Shown here: piece by piece, positions 18,735 through 28,900 of the stretch | Layout of the letters: every line of letters starts with the position of its first letter | Numbering within the stretch: position 1 is the stretch's first letter | From: Bacteroidota bacterium | Lineage (GTDB): Bacteria; Bacteroidota; Bacteroidia; M30B66 | DNA length: 64,000 bases | Assembly (NCBI GenBank): GCA_027490225.1 | Contig: JAIXYK010000031.1 | Location: 19,354 to 83,353, forward strand | Direction of reading: 5' to 3' | Position numbers and translations under genes: made by a program | The notes under the pieces: model-generated | What the model was told of the DNA's origin: nothing | The model's database searches: none | What the model saw: the letters and a program-made list of their open reading frames with translations, nothing else

Positions 18735-19670
18735 ATGAATAAAATTTTAACCATCACCTTTAGTCCTTGTATCGATAAAAGTACTTCTGTACAAGAATTA
18801 TTGCCAGAAAAAAAATTGCCTTGTGCGCTTCCTAAATTAGAACCGGGTGGAGGAGGAATAAATGTGGCAAGGGCAATTAAGAAACTTGGTGGTGAAGCAA
18901 GCGCAATTTATCCGGCTGGAGGCTATACAGGTAAGTTCTTAAACCACTTGGTAGAAAAAGAAGGATTAACTTCCGTTGTGATTCATGCTAAAAACGAAAC
19001 AAGAGAAAATATTACCGTTTTTGAGGAAACAACAGGTAAGCAATACAGATTAGGAATGCCCAGTTCTGAAATGTTTCAAAGCGAATGGGAAGAAATTCTA
19101 GCCAAAGTTTCTGCAAGCAATGAGGTGGAGTTCATTGTAGCAAGTGGAAGTTTACCACCCGGCGTTCCGATGGATATTTTTGGTCAATTGGCAAAAATTG
19201 CAAAAAGCAAGCATGCAAAATTTATTGTGGATACATCTGGTGAACCATTAAAATATGCTACTGAAGTAGGCGTATTTCTAATAAAACCGAATTTGGAAGA
19301 ACTGGCATTTTTAAGCGGAAAGAAAGAACTCCAATCGAATGAGATTAAGAATATCGCAAAAGAAATGATTGCCTCTGGAAAATGCGAAAATATTGTAGTT
19401 TCCATGGGCGGAAAAGGAGCCTTGCTTTTTACCGCTAATGCTGCATTTTCATTTACTCCACCAAAAGTAACAGTGAAAAGTACGGTGGGTGCTGGCGATA
19501 GCATGGTAGGAGGGATTTTATTTGCTATCTCCAATGGTAAATCAATGAAAGAAGCCGTTCAATATGGCGTTGCTTGTGGCACTTCGGCAACTATGCACGC
19601 CGGAACTGAATTGTGCAATAAAATTGTAGCTGATGAATTATTTAATAGGGTAGAGGTGGAGCAATTGTAA
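18735..19670 (+). CDS. PfkB-family hexose kinase (1-phosphofructokinase/Pfk-2-like)
   Basis: PGGGGINVAR, SGSLPPG, VDTSG, IKPN..E, STVGAGDSM; likely start ATG 18735. Confidence 0.9.
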   Translation: MNKILTITFSPCIDKSTSVQELLPEKKLPCALPKLEPGGGGINVARAIKKLGGEASAIYPAGGYTGKFLNHLVEKEGLTSVVIHAKNETRENITVFEETTGKQYRLGMPSSEMFQSEWEEILAKVSASNEVEFIVASGSLPPGVPMDIFGQLAKIAKSKHAKFIVDTSGEPLKYATEVGVFLIKPNLEELAFLSGKKELQSNEIKNIAKEMIASGKCENIVVSMGGKGALLFTANAAFSFTPPKVTVKSTVGAGDSMVGGILFAISNGKSMKEAVQYGVACGTSATMHAGTELCNKIVADELFNRVEVEQL

Positions 19671-19682
19671 ACTATATCCCAT

Positions 19683-19719
19683 AAAAAACACCCTCCATAA
19701 AGTATGAAGGGTGTTTTTT
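19683..19719. terminator. Bidirectional intrinsic terminator between convergent genes
   Basis: AAAAAACACCCT..AGGGTGTTTTTT inverted repeat. Confidence 0.85.
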
Positions 19720-19736
19720 ATATACTAACTGTAATA

Positions 19737-20606
19737 TTATTTTTTTCCTTTTGCAGCAGGAATTTTAGGAGTCCATTCTGCAATTCTTGTTGTATTTGAA
19801 TTTACATAAGAGTTGTCTTCATCAGCTTTTGCTAAAACAATTGCTTTATTGGCAGTTTCTACTGCTCCCTTGTAATCCATCAAAGAAGCTTGGATTTGGG
19901 CTTTTAAAGTTAGGATCCAATATTTATCTCCACCTTTTTCTAAAGCTTTATTTACATATTCTAAAGCTTTTTTCATGTCTTTGTTGTTGTTGAAGTAATA
20001 TGATGCAGCAGTATTATAAGCACCAGCGCTTGGTCCAGCCATTACATCATCAATTTGCTTCATTACTTTCGCATCAAATTCAACATTCACATCAAAAGAA
20101 ACTTTTGTGTTTTCCCAAGAAACTTCAATAGCAGCGGCGTTGTCGCGGATATTTGCAAATCCTATTGTAAAAGTTTCGGTTTTGTATGGTGTAGTTTCTG
20201 GTTTAACTTTAAAGCGTAAGGCATCTTCTTCTTGTTTATAATTGCTTGTGCCAGACATTTTTGCAGTCTTGTTTAAAATTAATGTCCACTCTGTTTCACC
20301 TGGAATTGCAAAAAACGAATATTCTCCAGCTGGAATTTTATTGCCTTGAATGCTAAATTCTTCGTTCGATTTTAAAATTGTTGCCATGTTAGCACCAAAG
20401 CGCCATAATTCATTAAAAGGAACAATGTCACCAAACACTTTTCTTCCCTTTGCACTCGGACGAGAATAAGTAACTGTAAATTCTGCCAAACCTGTTTTTT
20501 GAGTTACAGTTCCAACCGGACTTGGTCTTGGTGTGTCAATTTGTTGAGCAATTGCTGCGGTTCCCATCATCAGAAACATCGCCAAACTGCGTAATGTAAT
20601 ATTCAT
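19737..20606 (-). CDS. DUF2911 domain protein with C-terminal TPR-like helices
   Basis: P.PSP, YSRPS.KGRKVFG, WRFGAN, PAGEYS, WTLILN, WEN. Confidence 0.9.
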   Translation of the reverse strand: MNITLRSLAMFLMMGTAAIAQQIDTPRPSPVGTVTQKTGLAEFTVTYSRPSAKGRKVFGDIVPFNELWRFGANMATILKSNEEFSIQGNKIPAGEYSFFAIPGETEWTLILNKTAKMSGTSNYKQEEDALRFKVKPETTPYKTETFTIGFANIRDNAAAIEVSWENTKVSFDVNVEFDAKVMKQIDDVMAGPSAGAYNTAASYYFNNNKDMKKALEYVNKALEKGGDKYWILTLKAQIQASLMDYKGAVETANKAIVLAKADEDNSYVNSNTTRIAEWTPKIPAAKGKK

Positions 20607-20616
20607 ATTATATTTA

Positions 20617-22227
20617 TTAAGGATTTACTAAAACTGAAATAGACTTGGTAATACCATCAACCCTCGATTTAACGATGTAGGTACCTGTTGGTAAATTTTC
20701 TACATTCCAGGTAACGAATTGTTCACCAGCATCCATTTTTTTGTTACAAATACGCTGAATGAATCTTCCTGCACTGTCATATGCCACAATTTCAACATGC
20801 GACTTTTTTGTAAGTTGTAATTTAAACTGCGTTTGGTTAATGGCAGGATTTGGAAAACACTGAAAACTGCTAAGCGATGGTTGATTTTTTACATCTTTTA
20901 ATGAAACTGTTCCACTATCGGAAACACCTCTTACAATGTAAACTTCGTAAATGCTGGTATTGGCCTCACTTGATGCTGGAGCTGTTGCCGAAATATTAGC
21001 TTCAGGACTTTTAATTCCTCCAACTAAATAGCCAGCAAGTGTTCTTTGTTCGGTAAGTCTATTTACTTTGATTACCTTGTTGTTCGTTAAAGGTAAATTT
21101 TCAACAGGAATGAATTCCATGTTCGAACCTAAAAAATCTGGGAAAGAAATGCCTAACTGTTTTTCTTCATAAGTTCCATTTGCAAATCGGCTCACACAAC
21201 TAATTGTTTTAACAAAAGGTACCAAAGTATCATCCACCAATGTTTGTGTTTGGGCATCTATGGTAAAACGACTCATTCCTCCAAAGAAAAAAGTATGCAT
21301 AACATTATAAGTCGAATCATAAACAGGCATCACAGCACTGTGGTATTGACTTAAGTGTTGGTCAAAATTTGGAGCTACAACAGCTGTATCTTCAGTAATA
21401 TTTATTGTATTGAGATACGGTAAGGTACTTTGATATTGAAACACTCCCGAAAACCCGGTTAAACCTTCGTTTCTATCTGGAAAAACCTGAGGAACTAAAT
21501 TGTAATCTCTTCTGTGAAAATTGATAGAGTCTTGCTGCACTCTTAAATTGCTTATTCCCAAAGTTGTAGCATCTATTTCAAAAGATTTTACTGCATTGGA
21601 ATACCGCTGCGTGAAAATGCTGTTGCCTGGATTTAATACGGAGTAAATTCCATCAAAACGATGCCCGAAAACCAGATAAAAACGATTATTTAACTTTTTT
21701 AAACTTCCACCACATACTGTCAATGCAGGGTCTTCAATTTGTTCGAAACAATTTTCTAAAGCAGATTGAGTTACAATTGCATCATGCAAACATACCAAGT
21801 CAATTTTGGTAAGGGTTGAAAATGTTTTGAAATCGTTGGCAGCATTACTCCAGCCGTAACCTCCAATCATGTAAAGGATATTTCCATCCTGATAGAATGG
21901 AATGTTACTAGAAGTAAGCGGTTCGTATAGGTTTACAGGGAAATTTTCTAACGAAGATGACCAAATTTCACCTGTTGATTTGTCAACTACATACGCGTTA
22001 ACATTTTTGTTATCGTTAGGAAAAGCGAATGGAGAAAGAAATCCGTGTAACCCATTTGTTCTGCCGCCAATAAAAATCCACCTGTTATTTATAGTTGCTA
22101 CTGCACCAGAATGCAAGCCAGGCATGTTTTCTATCTGAATAGGCTCAATTTCAATGCTAAATGTATCTTGCTGCCCCATCAACGCACCATTCAACCAAAG
22201 CAATAATACCAAAAGCTTAATTTTCAT
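20617..22227 (-). CDS. T9SS-secreted protein with Kelch/beta-propeller-like N-terminal domain
   Basis: Signal peptide, repeated aromatic-GG motifs (WIFIGG, LYMIGG, FFFGG, YLVGG), CTD FPNP..GTYIV. Confidence 0.75.
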   Translation of the reverse strand: MKIKLLVLLLWLNGALMGQQDTFSIEIEPIQIENMPGLHSGAVATINNRWIFIGGRTNGLHGFLSPFAFPNDNKNVNAYVVDKSTGEIWSSSLENFPVNLYEPLTSSNIPFYQDGNILYMIGGYGWSNAANDFKTFSTLTKIDLVCLHDAIVTQSALENCFEQIEDPALTVCGGSLKKLNNRFYLVFGHRFDGIYSVLNPGNSIFTQRYSNAVKSFEIDATTLGISNLRVQQDSINFHRRDYNLVPQVFPDRNEGLTGFSGVFQYQSTLPYLNTINITEDTAVVAPNFDQHLSQYHSAVMPVYDSTYNVMHTFFFGGMSRFTIDAQTQTLVDDTLVPFVKTISCVSRFANGTYEEKQLGISFPDFLGSNMEFIPVENLPLTNNKVIKVNRLTEQRTLAGYLVGGIKSPEANISATAPASSEANTSIYEVYIVRGVSDSGTVSLKDVKNQPSLSSFQCFPNPAINQTQFKLQLTKKSHVEIVAYDSAGRFIQRICNKKMDAGEQFVTWNVENLPTGTYIVKSRVDGITKSISVLVNP

Positions 22228-22234
22228 GAAATCT

Positions 22235-24358
22235 TTATTGTTTGATTAGTTTCTGAACTGTTTCGTTTTCTGATTTCTTCAATCTTAAGAAATAAATTCC
22301 ATTTGCTTGTTGGCTAATATCTACAACCAAGTTTGATCCATTAAAGTTTTGTTTTGACCAGCAAAGTTTTCCCGCAACATCTATCACTTCAATGTTATCA
22401 TAGAACATTTCATTTTCAAATTGAATGTTAAAGATTCCTGTGGAAGGATTTGGTAAAACAGTGAAATTAGTTTCATTGCTATTTGAAATTCCTAAACAAC
22501 TTTCAACTAAAGTGGTTGCAGAAGCAACATTTGCGCATCCATTGGCATCTGCAAAAGTATAGCTTAAGTTGAATGTACCTTCTCCGATAATTGAAGGATT
22601 AAATTCATTGTTAACGATTCCTGCCTGACCAGTTCCTGAAACAGTTCCTCCAGCGGGTATAAAATTTAAAGCAGCAGGTGCAGACGTTAAGCAGAAATTC
22701 GGACTTAATCCACTAATTCCTACGTTAGGTAATGGATTTATTACAATACTGAAATCAACAGGAGGAACTTCACAACCATCAGCAGTTGTAAAGGAGTAAG
22801 ACAAGTTATAAGTTCCAGCATTTAATGATAATGGGTCAAAGTTATTATCTACCACTCCAGTTCCACTAAAAACTCCTCCGGCAGGTGAGCCATTTAATGG
22901 AATGGCAAAAGCTGCATCATCACACAATTCACTGAATGAAGAAGATGCTGTAACTTCAGGAATAACTGCTATATTTACAGTTAACACGTCAGAAGTATCA
23001 CTTCCATTTACTCCAGTAACTTCAACATAGTAGTTCCCCACTTCAGTTGCTTCGAAAATATTGGAATCTGCATTTGCAATTACTACATCATCTTTGTACC
23101 AAGTATAAGTAAGACTAGGATGATAACCGGTAGAAAGCTTAACATTTTCACCAGGGCAAATCGATAAAGAATTATCTGCCGATAGTAAAGCAGTTGGACC
23201 GCCTGTATTGGTTGAGATACGAGAAATTCTTCCACCTTGTTCTGCAATGTATTGTTCGCCATACATGTCTAAACCAAATGTAGAATATTGATTAATAACA
23301 AATTGTCCATGGTCATTATTAGTGAAACCTCCGTTTCCATCAGGAAAAATAGTCCAGATTCTTCCGCTGCAATAATCAGTTGTAAAATATCTCCCGTAAA
23401 TGCTATTGTTTAAGAAACCACGGTATACATAACCACCCGTAATACTGCATCCATTTGAAGCAGTATGCGCGTAATTGAATACTGGGTAAACAACATTACC
23501 TGGATTTACTGTAATAGTAGTTCCTGAGCTGAAAACACTATTGGCTTCAAATCTTTTCCATCCATAATTTTCTCCACCTGGGCTAGAAAATGGCTGGAAA
23601 TTTACTTCTTCATACACGTTTTGACCGACATCAGCAATCCACATGTCACCTGTTAGTCCATCAAAACTAAATCTCCAAGGGTTGCGAACGCCTACAGCCC
23701 AGATTTCATCTAATACACCATCACTTGATGAAGCAAATGGATTACTTGGAGGAATTGTATAACCTGTAGCTCCGCTTACATCAATACGTAACATTTTACC
23801 TAATAATTCCTGAGGATTTTGTGAACGATTTCCCGGGTCACCTGCACTTCCTCCGTCACCCATTCCAATATATAAGAATCCGTCTTTCCCAAACTGAATG
23901 CATCCGCCGTTATGATTTGAAAAAGGTTGGGTAATAGTAAGTAGAATTTCTTCAGAGTTTACATCACCAGCGTTGGCATTACCTGCTGTAACATTAAAAC
24001 GAGCAATAACAGTATTTCCTGCGTTGTTAATGTAATTCACATAAAATCTGCCAGTTGTTGCATAATTTGGGTCAAAAGCAATTCCCAATAATCCTCTTTC
24101 ATCTGATGCTCCTGAGGGATTTACCACTCTAGAGTTTATATCCATAAATGTAGTGCTTGCCGGCCCAACGTATGGTCTGATAAATTTAATTACACCATTT
24201 TTTTCTAAAATGAATAAACGGTCATCGCCACAATTGGCTAATGTTGTAACACGTGTAAAACCAGTTCCTACCTCGGTAAGGGTTAAAGCAGGAATTTGAG
24301 CAAATGCAGAGAAACTAAATAGTAATCCTGAAATAGCAGAAAGGAAATTATTTTTCAT
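22235..24358 (-). CDS. PQQ-dependent glucose/sorbosone dehydrogenase family protein with T9SS CTD
   Basis: ERGLLGIAFDP, NHNGG, FG.DG.LYIGMGDGG, GKMLRIDV, G.RNPWRFSFD, ADVGQ..EEV; CTD PNPSTG..GIYFL. Start moved to ATG 24358. Confidence 0.9.
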   Translation of the reverse strand: MKNNFLSAISGLLFSFSAFAQIPALTLTEVGTGFTRVTTLANCGDDRLFILEKNGVIKFIRPYVGPASTTFMDINSRVVNPSGASDERGLLGIAFDPNYATTGRFYVNYINNAGNTVIARFNVTAGNANAGDVNSEEILLTITQPFSNHNGGCIQFGKDGFLYIGMGDGGSAGDPGNRSQNPQELLGKMLRIDVSGATGYTIPPSNPFASSSDGVLDEIWAVGVRNPWRFSFDGLTGDMWIADVGQNVYEEVNFQPFSSPGGENYGWKRFEANSVFSSGTTITVNPGNVVYPVFNYAHTASNGCSITGGYVYRGFLNNSIYGRYFTTDYCSGRIWTIFPDGNGGFTNNDHGQFVINQYSTFGLDMYGEQYIAEQGGRISRISTNTGGPTALLSADNSLSICPGENVKLSTGYHPSLTYTWYKDDVVIANADSNIFEATEVGNYYVEVTGVNGSDTSDVLTVNIAVIPEVTASSSFSELCDDAAFAIPLNGSPAGGVFSGTGVVDNNFDPLSLNAGTYNLSYSFTTADGCEVPPVDFSIVINPLPNVGISGLSPNFCLTSAPAALNFIPAGGTVSGTGQAGIVNNEFNPSIIGEGTFNLSYTFADANGCANVASATTLVESCLGISNSNETNFTVLPNPSTGIFNIQFENEMFYDNIEVIDVAGKLCWSKQNFNGSNLVVDISQQANGIYFLRLKKSENETVQKLIKQ

Positions 24359-24377
24359 ATTGAAATATCTGGTAATA

Positions 24378-25004
24378 TTAATTGTTGAGCGCAGTAAATG
24401 TTTTAACTGCATCGAATTTTTTTGCTGGTTTACCTTTTCTGATAATTTTTATCTTTTCGATGGTATCGCCTTGTGCTATAGCATTTACTACATCTTGACC
24501 AGTCACTACATGTCCAAAAACGGTGTGTTTATCATTTAACCAAGGAGTTTCTTTATGTGTGATAAAAAATTGGCTTCCATTGGTTTTAGGTCCAGAATTG
24601 GCCATTGATAAAATTCCAGGTTTGTCGTGTCTCAATTCAGGAACAAATTCATCTTTAAATTTGTAGCCTGGGCCACCACTTCCGTTTCCAGCCGGATCGC
24701 CACCTTGTATCATAAAATCTTTAATAACGCGGTGAAACTTTAATCCATCATAAAATGGTTTTCCATTATTAGCAGATTTATTTTCGAGTTTACCAGTTGC
24801 TAAGCCAACAAAATTGGCAACAGTTAATGGTGTTTTTTCAAATTCTAATTGTACGAGTATTACACCTTTAGAAGTAGTAAATTCTGCATACAATCCTTTT
24901 TCTAGTTTAGGCTTCTTGGCTTTTTTCTCTTTTTTAATTTCATTGTTTCCAGCAATTGCACTAGAAAAAATGAACATGCTAATCAATAAACTAAGTCTTA
25001 TCAT
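24378..25004 (-). CDS. Cyclophilin-type peptidyl-prolyl cis-trans isomerase, exported
   Basis: [48 protein letters not shown]; signal peptide. Confidence 0.95.
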   Translation of the reverse strand: MIRLSLLISMFIFSSAIAGNNEIKKEKKAKKPKLEKGLYAEFTTSKGVILVQLEFEKTPLTVANFVGLATGKLENKSANNGKPFYDGLKFHRVIKDFMIQGGDPAGNGSGGPGYKFKDEFVPELRHDKPGILSMANSGPKTNGSQFFITHKETPWLNDKHTVFGHVVTGQDVVNAIAQGDTIEKIKIIRKGKPAKKFDAVKTFTALNN

Positions 25005-25051
25005 AAAATATTAGGTTTAGGCAAAAGTAATTGGAACTTTGGATAATTATC

Positions 25052-25091
25052 AAAAAAAACAACCCGAAAACTTACGCTAACGGGTTGTTTT
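25052..25091 (-). terminator. Intrinsic terminator after the Bax inhibitor-1 gene
   Basis: AAAACAACCCG / CGGGTTGTTTT inverted repeat. Confidence 0.75.
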
Positions 25092-25108
25092 ATTTATGTA
25101 GTTTAATT

Positions 25109-25816
25109 TTAGTCTCTGCGACCAAACAATCTCAATAAGAACAAAAATAAATTAATGAAATCGAGGTATAAAGTCAAAGCGCCAACAATTGCTTCTTTGC
25201 GGTCTTCTGCAGTTCCTTCGTTTCCAATGATATTCATTTCTTTGATTTTTTGAGTATCGTAAGCAGTTAATGCAACAAAAATTGCAACACCAGCATAACT
25301 AATAATCCAATAAAGCATTTCGCTGTTCATAAATATGTTTACAATAGAAGCAATAATAACTCCTATTAAAAGCATGATTGCAATATTTCCGATACTTGTT
25401 AAATCAGATTTTGTGAAATAGCCATAAGCGCTCATTACTCCGAAAGTGCCTGCTGTTATAAAGAAAGTAAGGGCGATTGAACCTCCGGTGTAAATTAAAA
25501 ATATAGAAGAGAAGATTAATCCATTCAACAAAGAATAACCTAAGAAAGCTAAAGTAGCGGTAGTTGCCGACATTTTTTGAATGCCCATAGTTAACCAGCC
25601 AACTAAACCAAAAGTTCCCAAGATTAATACCCAAATTGTCCAACGGCTGCTAAATAATAATTCAACCAATTCCTGGCTTGTTGCAGTAAAAAATGCAGTA
25701 ATACCTGTAATACACAAAGCCAAAGTCATCCAACCATATACTTTGGTCATAAAGGAAGCTTGTTCTGCGGCGATACTTTGTGAAGTCACCATTTGATCGA
25801 TAGGGTCTTGATACAT
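25109..25816 (-). CDS. Bax inhibitor-1/YccA family membrane protein
   Basis: Seven TM segments, KVYGWM, YGY.TK.DL, AYDTQKIK, GALTLYLDFINLFL. Confidence 0.95.
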   Translation of the reverse strand: MYQDPIDQMVTSQSIAAEQASFMTKVYGWMTLALCITGITAFFTATSQELVELLFSSRWTIWVLILGTFGLVGWLTMGIQKMSATTATLAFLGYSLLNGLIFSSIFLIYTGGSIALTFFITAGTFGVMSAYGYFTKSDLTSIGNIAIMLLIGVIIASIVNIFMNSEMLYWIISYAGVAIFVALTAYDTQKIKEMNIIGNEGTAEDRKEAIVGALTLYLDFINLFLFLLRLFGRRD

Positions 25817-25864
25817 AATTATGTTTAAATTTTATGCAAATGTATTGGAAAAAGTCTTTCAAAT

Positions 25865-25896
25865 AAAAAAGCCCCAACTAAAAAGTTGAGGCTTTT
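25865..25896 (-). terminator. Intrinsic terminator after the giant gene
   Basis: AAAAGCCCCAACT / AGTTGAGGCTTTT imperfect inverted repeat with a minus-strand T run. Confidence 0.75.
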
Positions 25897-25913
25897 CAAA
25901 ACTCAATTTCAAA

Positions 25914-28900
25914 CTATTTATTTATAATCAAAGGCTTATTCATTCTTGTTCCATCACTTAATGTAACATGTAATAAATATTTGCCATTTGCTAACCCATC
26001 AACATCTAACTTAATTGCATTGCTGCCTTCGGTTAGATTAATTTGTTGCTTGCTGATATTTCTTCCAGTAATATCGATAATTTGTAGAACCGCTTTTCCT
26101 TTGTATTGACCATTGATGTTTAAGGTAGCAGTTTCAGTCGCAGGATTTGGAAACACATTCATGCTGCTTCCAACCGCACCAGTTAAGAAGACAGCTACAG
26201 GAGTAAATGTTTCTTGTTCACCATTAAAATCAACTTGACGTAAACGGTAGTAAGATACTCCATTGTAAGGTTTTACATCTGTTAATGTGTAATTGCGCGT
26301 GAAATTAGAATTTCCTGCACCATTCACTTCACCTACAAATTCAAAGTTAACTGCGTCTAAAGAACGTTCTACAATAAATTGATCGTTATTTATTTCTGAA
26401 GCTGTTGTCCATGTTACCAATACTTCTGCATTATTTACAGGAACAGCATCAAAACTTAGCAATTCAACAGGAAGTGGAGAACCGTTGCCAGCACCAGTAA
26501 AATCTGAGAAGGTTGTAAGTCCTGACCAAGAGAAGGTTTTAAGTACATTATCGTCAGCTCCGGCGGTACCTGTAATTGCAACGGCGGAAGAGCCGGGGCA
26601 GCTAAACCATCCTGGAACTGGATTTGTCGTGCTGTATTTTACAGGATACATAACTCCGGTTCCAACTTCATCAGCTGCTGAATATGTATAGTTTATGTTA
26701 TACAAAGGAATACCAGCTAAGCCCGTTGGCTCAATTGACCAGTAACGAGCAATATAGCGTGTAGGAACTGGAGCAGTCATATTTGGATGTATTGCATTTA
26801 CAACTTTAGAATCAATGTACGCATTTGCTTGACCACCGTTGGTTAATACCAATTGAGCAGGACTATAAGTTGCATTGTCTCCAACTGGGAAATCGTAAGT
26901 TGCATTCGAATTTGTGTAACGTCTTAAGTTACCTCCGTTACTTATCACATAACGTCCAGCTCCAAATCCTGTGATAGTTCCATTTGCAGAACTGTTTCCT
27001 ATTATTAAATTGTTTACACCATTTAAATTGAAACGACCATTTACAAAGTTTAAATTATTCAGAATGTTAACATTACTGCTTGTACCTAATTGCACATCTC
27101 CAGTTAATGTCGATACTTCTAAATCGTAGAATGTTTCTGAACTAACTCCAGAACCTACAGTTATAGCTTGATTTCCTGCACTTTGACGGTCAAAAGTTAC
27201 TTTTTTACTGTTGTGGTTAAAGGCAGACGATGCTCCTGTGCGTGTCCAATTACCTCCGATGTTAAATGAACCTGTATAGGCTGGAGTAAGGGTAAAAGTT
27301 CCATTTGTAATAGTTAGGTTATTTCTCAATGCGCGGGTATCTTGTAATTGAAGATCTGTGCCTGTATCATTGATGTCTACATTCCAAGGTATACCAGGTA
27401 ATCCGGATGCGATAGCACCAGTAGACCAAGTAATATCAGCCGCTGGAACCTGATAATCAACAGTGTTAGCAAATCTCAAAGTAGAACCAACACCATAATA
27501 ACAAGGATTTGGATTAACAGAACCACCTAAAGCAACTTGTAATGTTCCATTTATTGTTGTTGGACTTCCAGAACCGAAGTCCATTCTACCATCAGCAATT
27601 CTCATTAAAACATCAGCACCAACATTCAATGTACCTCCTCCGGGGTTTGTAACTTGTTTTGTAAATTCTACTGGATTATTTCCACCAATTCCAATTACAT
27701 CATAAATACAACCCGCACTTCCAGTAATATTTCTATTTCCTGAAGTAATTTCAATAGAACCAGCTGCGCCTAAGGTAGCGTTTCTACCGCGATGCGTTAA
27801 TGTAAATGTACCAAGATTAAGATCACCTGCTAAACGCACATTTCTATTTACTGTTCTGCTCGCTCCCATAGTAGGTAAAGCTCCACTTTCAATAATGAGG
27901 TCTCTTACAAATGTATTGTTTGAAGAGAACTCGTTTCCAGTGGTAAGAGTTCCTGCATAGCGCACATCATAAACATCTCCAGAAGTTAAGCTAGCTTCGG
28001 CATTCATGGTAGCAGTTGAGTTTGTTCTGTAAATTTCAGAACCATTGCTCATTGTTACAGATAATGAATTTAGGTCTAAAGTACCGTTAGTTAATCTTAG
28101 TCTGTTGCTAACAGTAGTATTTGCGCTAATTTGAACTGTACTTCCAGTGTTATTAATGGCTAGGTAAGCAAATCCGTTTACACCATTAATAGTTTGCAAT
28201 GTAGTACCATTCATTTCTACTTCACGGTTATTTTGGGTTAATGTACCACCGGTATTTCTGGTGAAGTTTCCTGCAACCTTAATGTCTCCGCCAACAACTG
28301 TAGAAAGTGTTAATACTCCAGCATTGTTTACAACAACATTTCCGGCAACACCTAAGAAACCTGTCATAGTTTGCATATTTAATCCTGCACCTGGAGATGC
28401 TGCTCCTGCGTTGATTGTTAAATTTCCTGCAATTGTTTGGTTGGCAGCACTACTTCCCATATTTAGAGTTGTATTGGATCCATTTGGATCAATAGTTACA
28501 TTAAATGGATATCCTGCACCAGCAGTTGCGCTCCATTCAGTTCCTCTTGTATAAGCACTTCCTGAGAAATATCTCAATGTTGAATTTGTTCCATAGAATG
28601 GGGCATTTGTGCTTACAAAACCGCCTAAAGCTATTTGTAAAGTACCATTAACTGTTGAAAGGTTTGTTCCAAAGTTAAGACCTCCAGCTAACGCTAAAGT
28701 AACATTTGAGCCAAAGTTAAAAGTTCCTCCACCAGTTGCGGTTACTGTTTTTGTACCTCCTGATATAGAAATCAATCCACCAGATGCTCCTCCAATTGTA
28801 TTAATTCCTCCAGCAGTAATGATATTACCAGCAGATGCTCCTGTAAATGAAAGTGTTCTGCCATTTAAATCTAAAGAAGTAGCATTATTTAATCTGAAGA

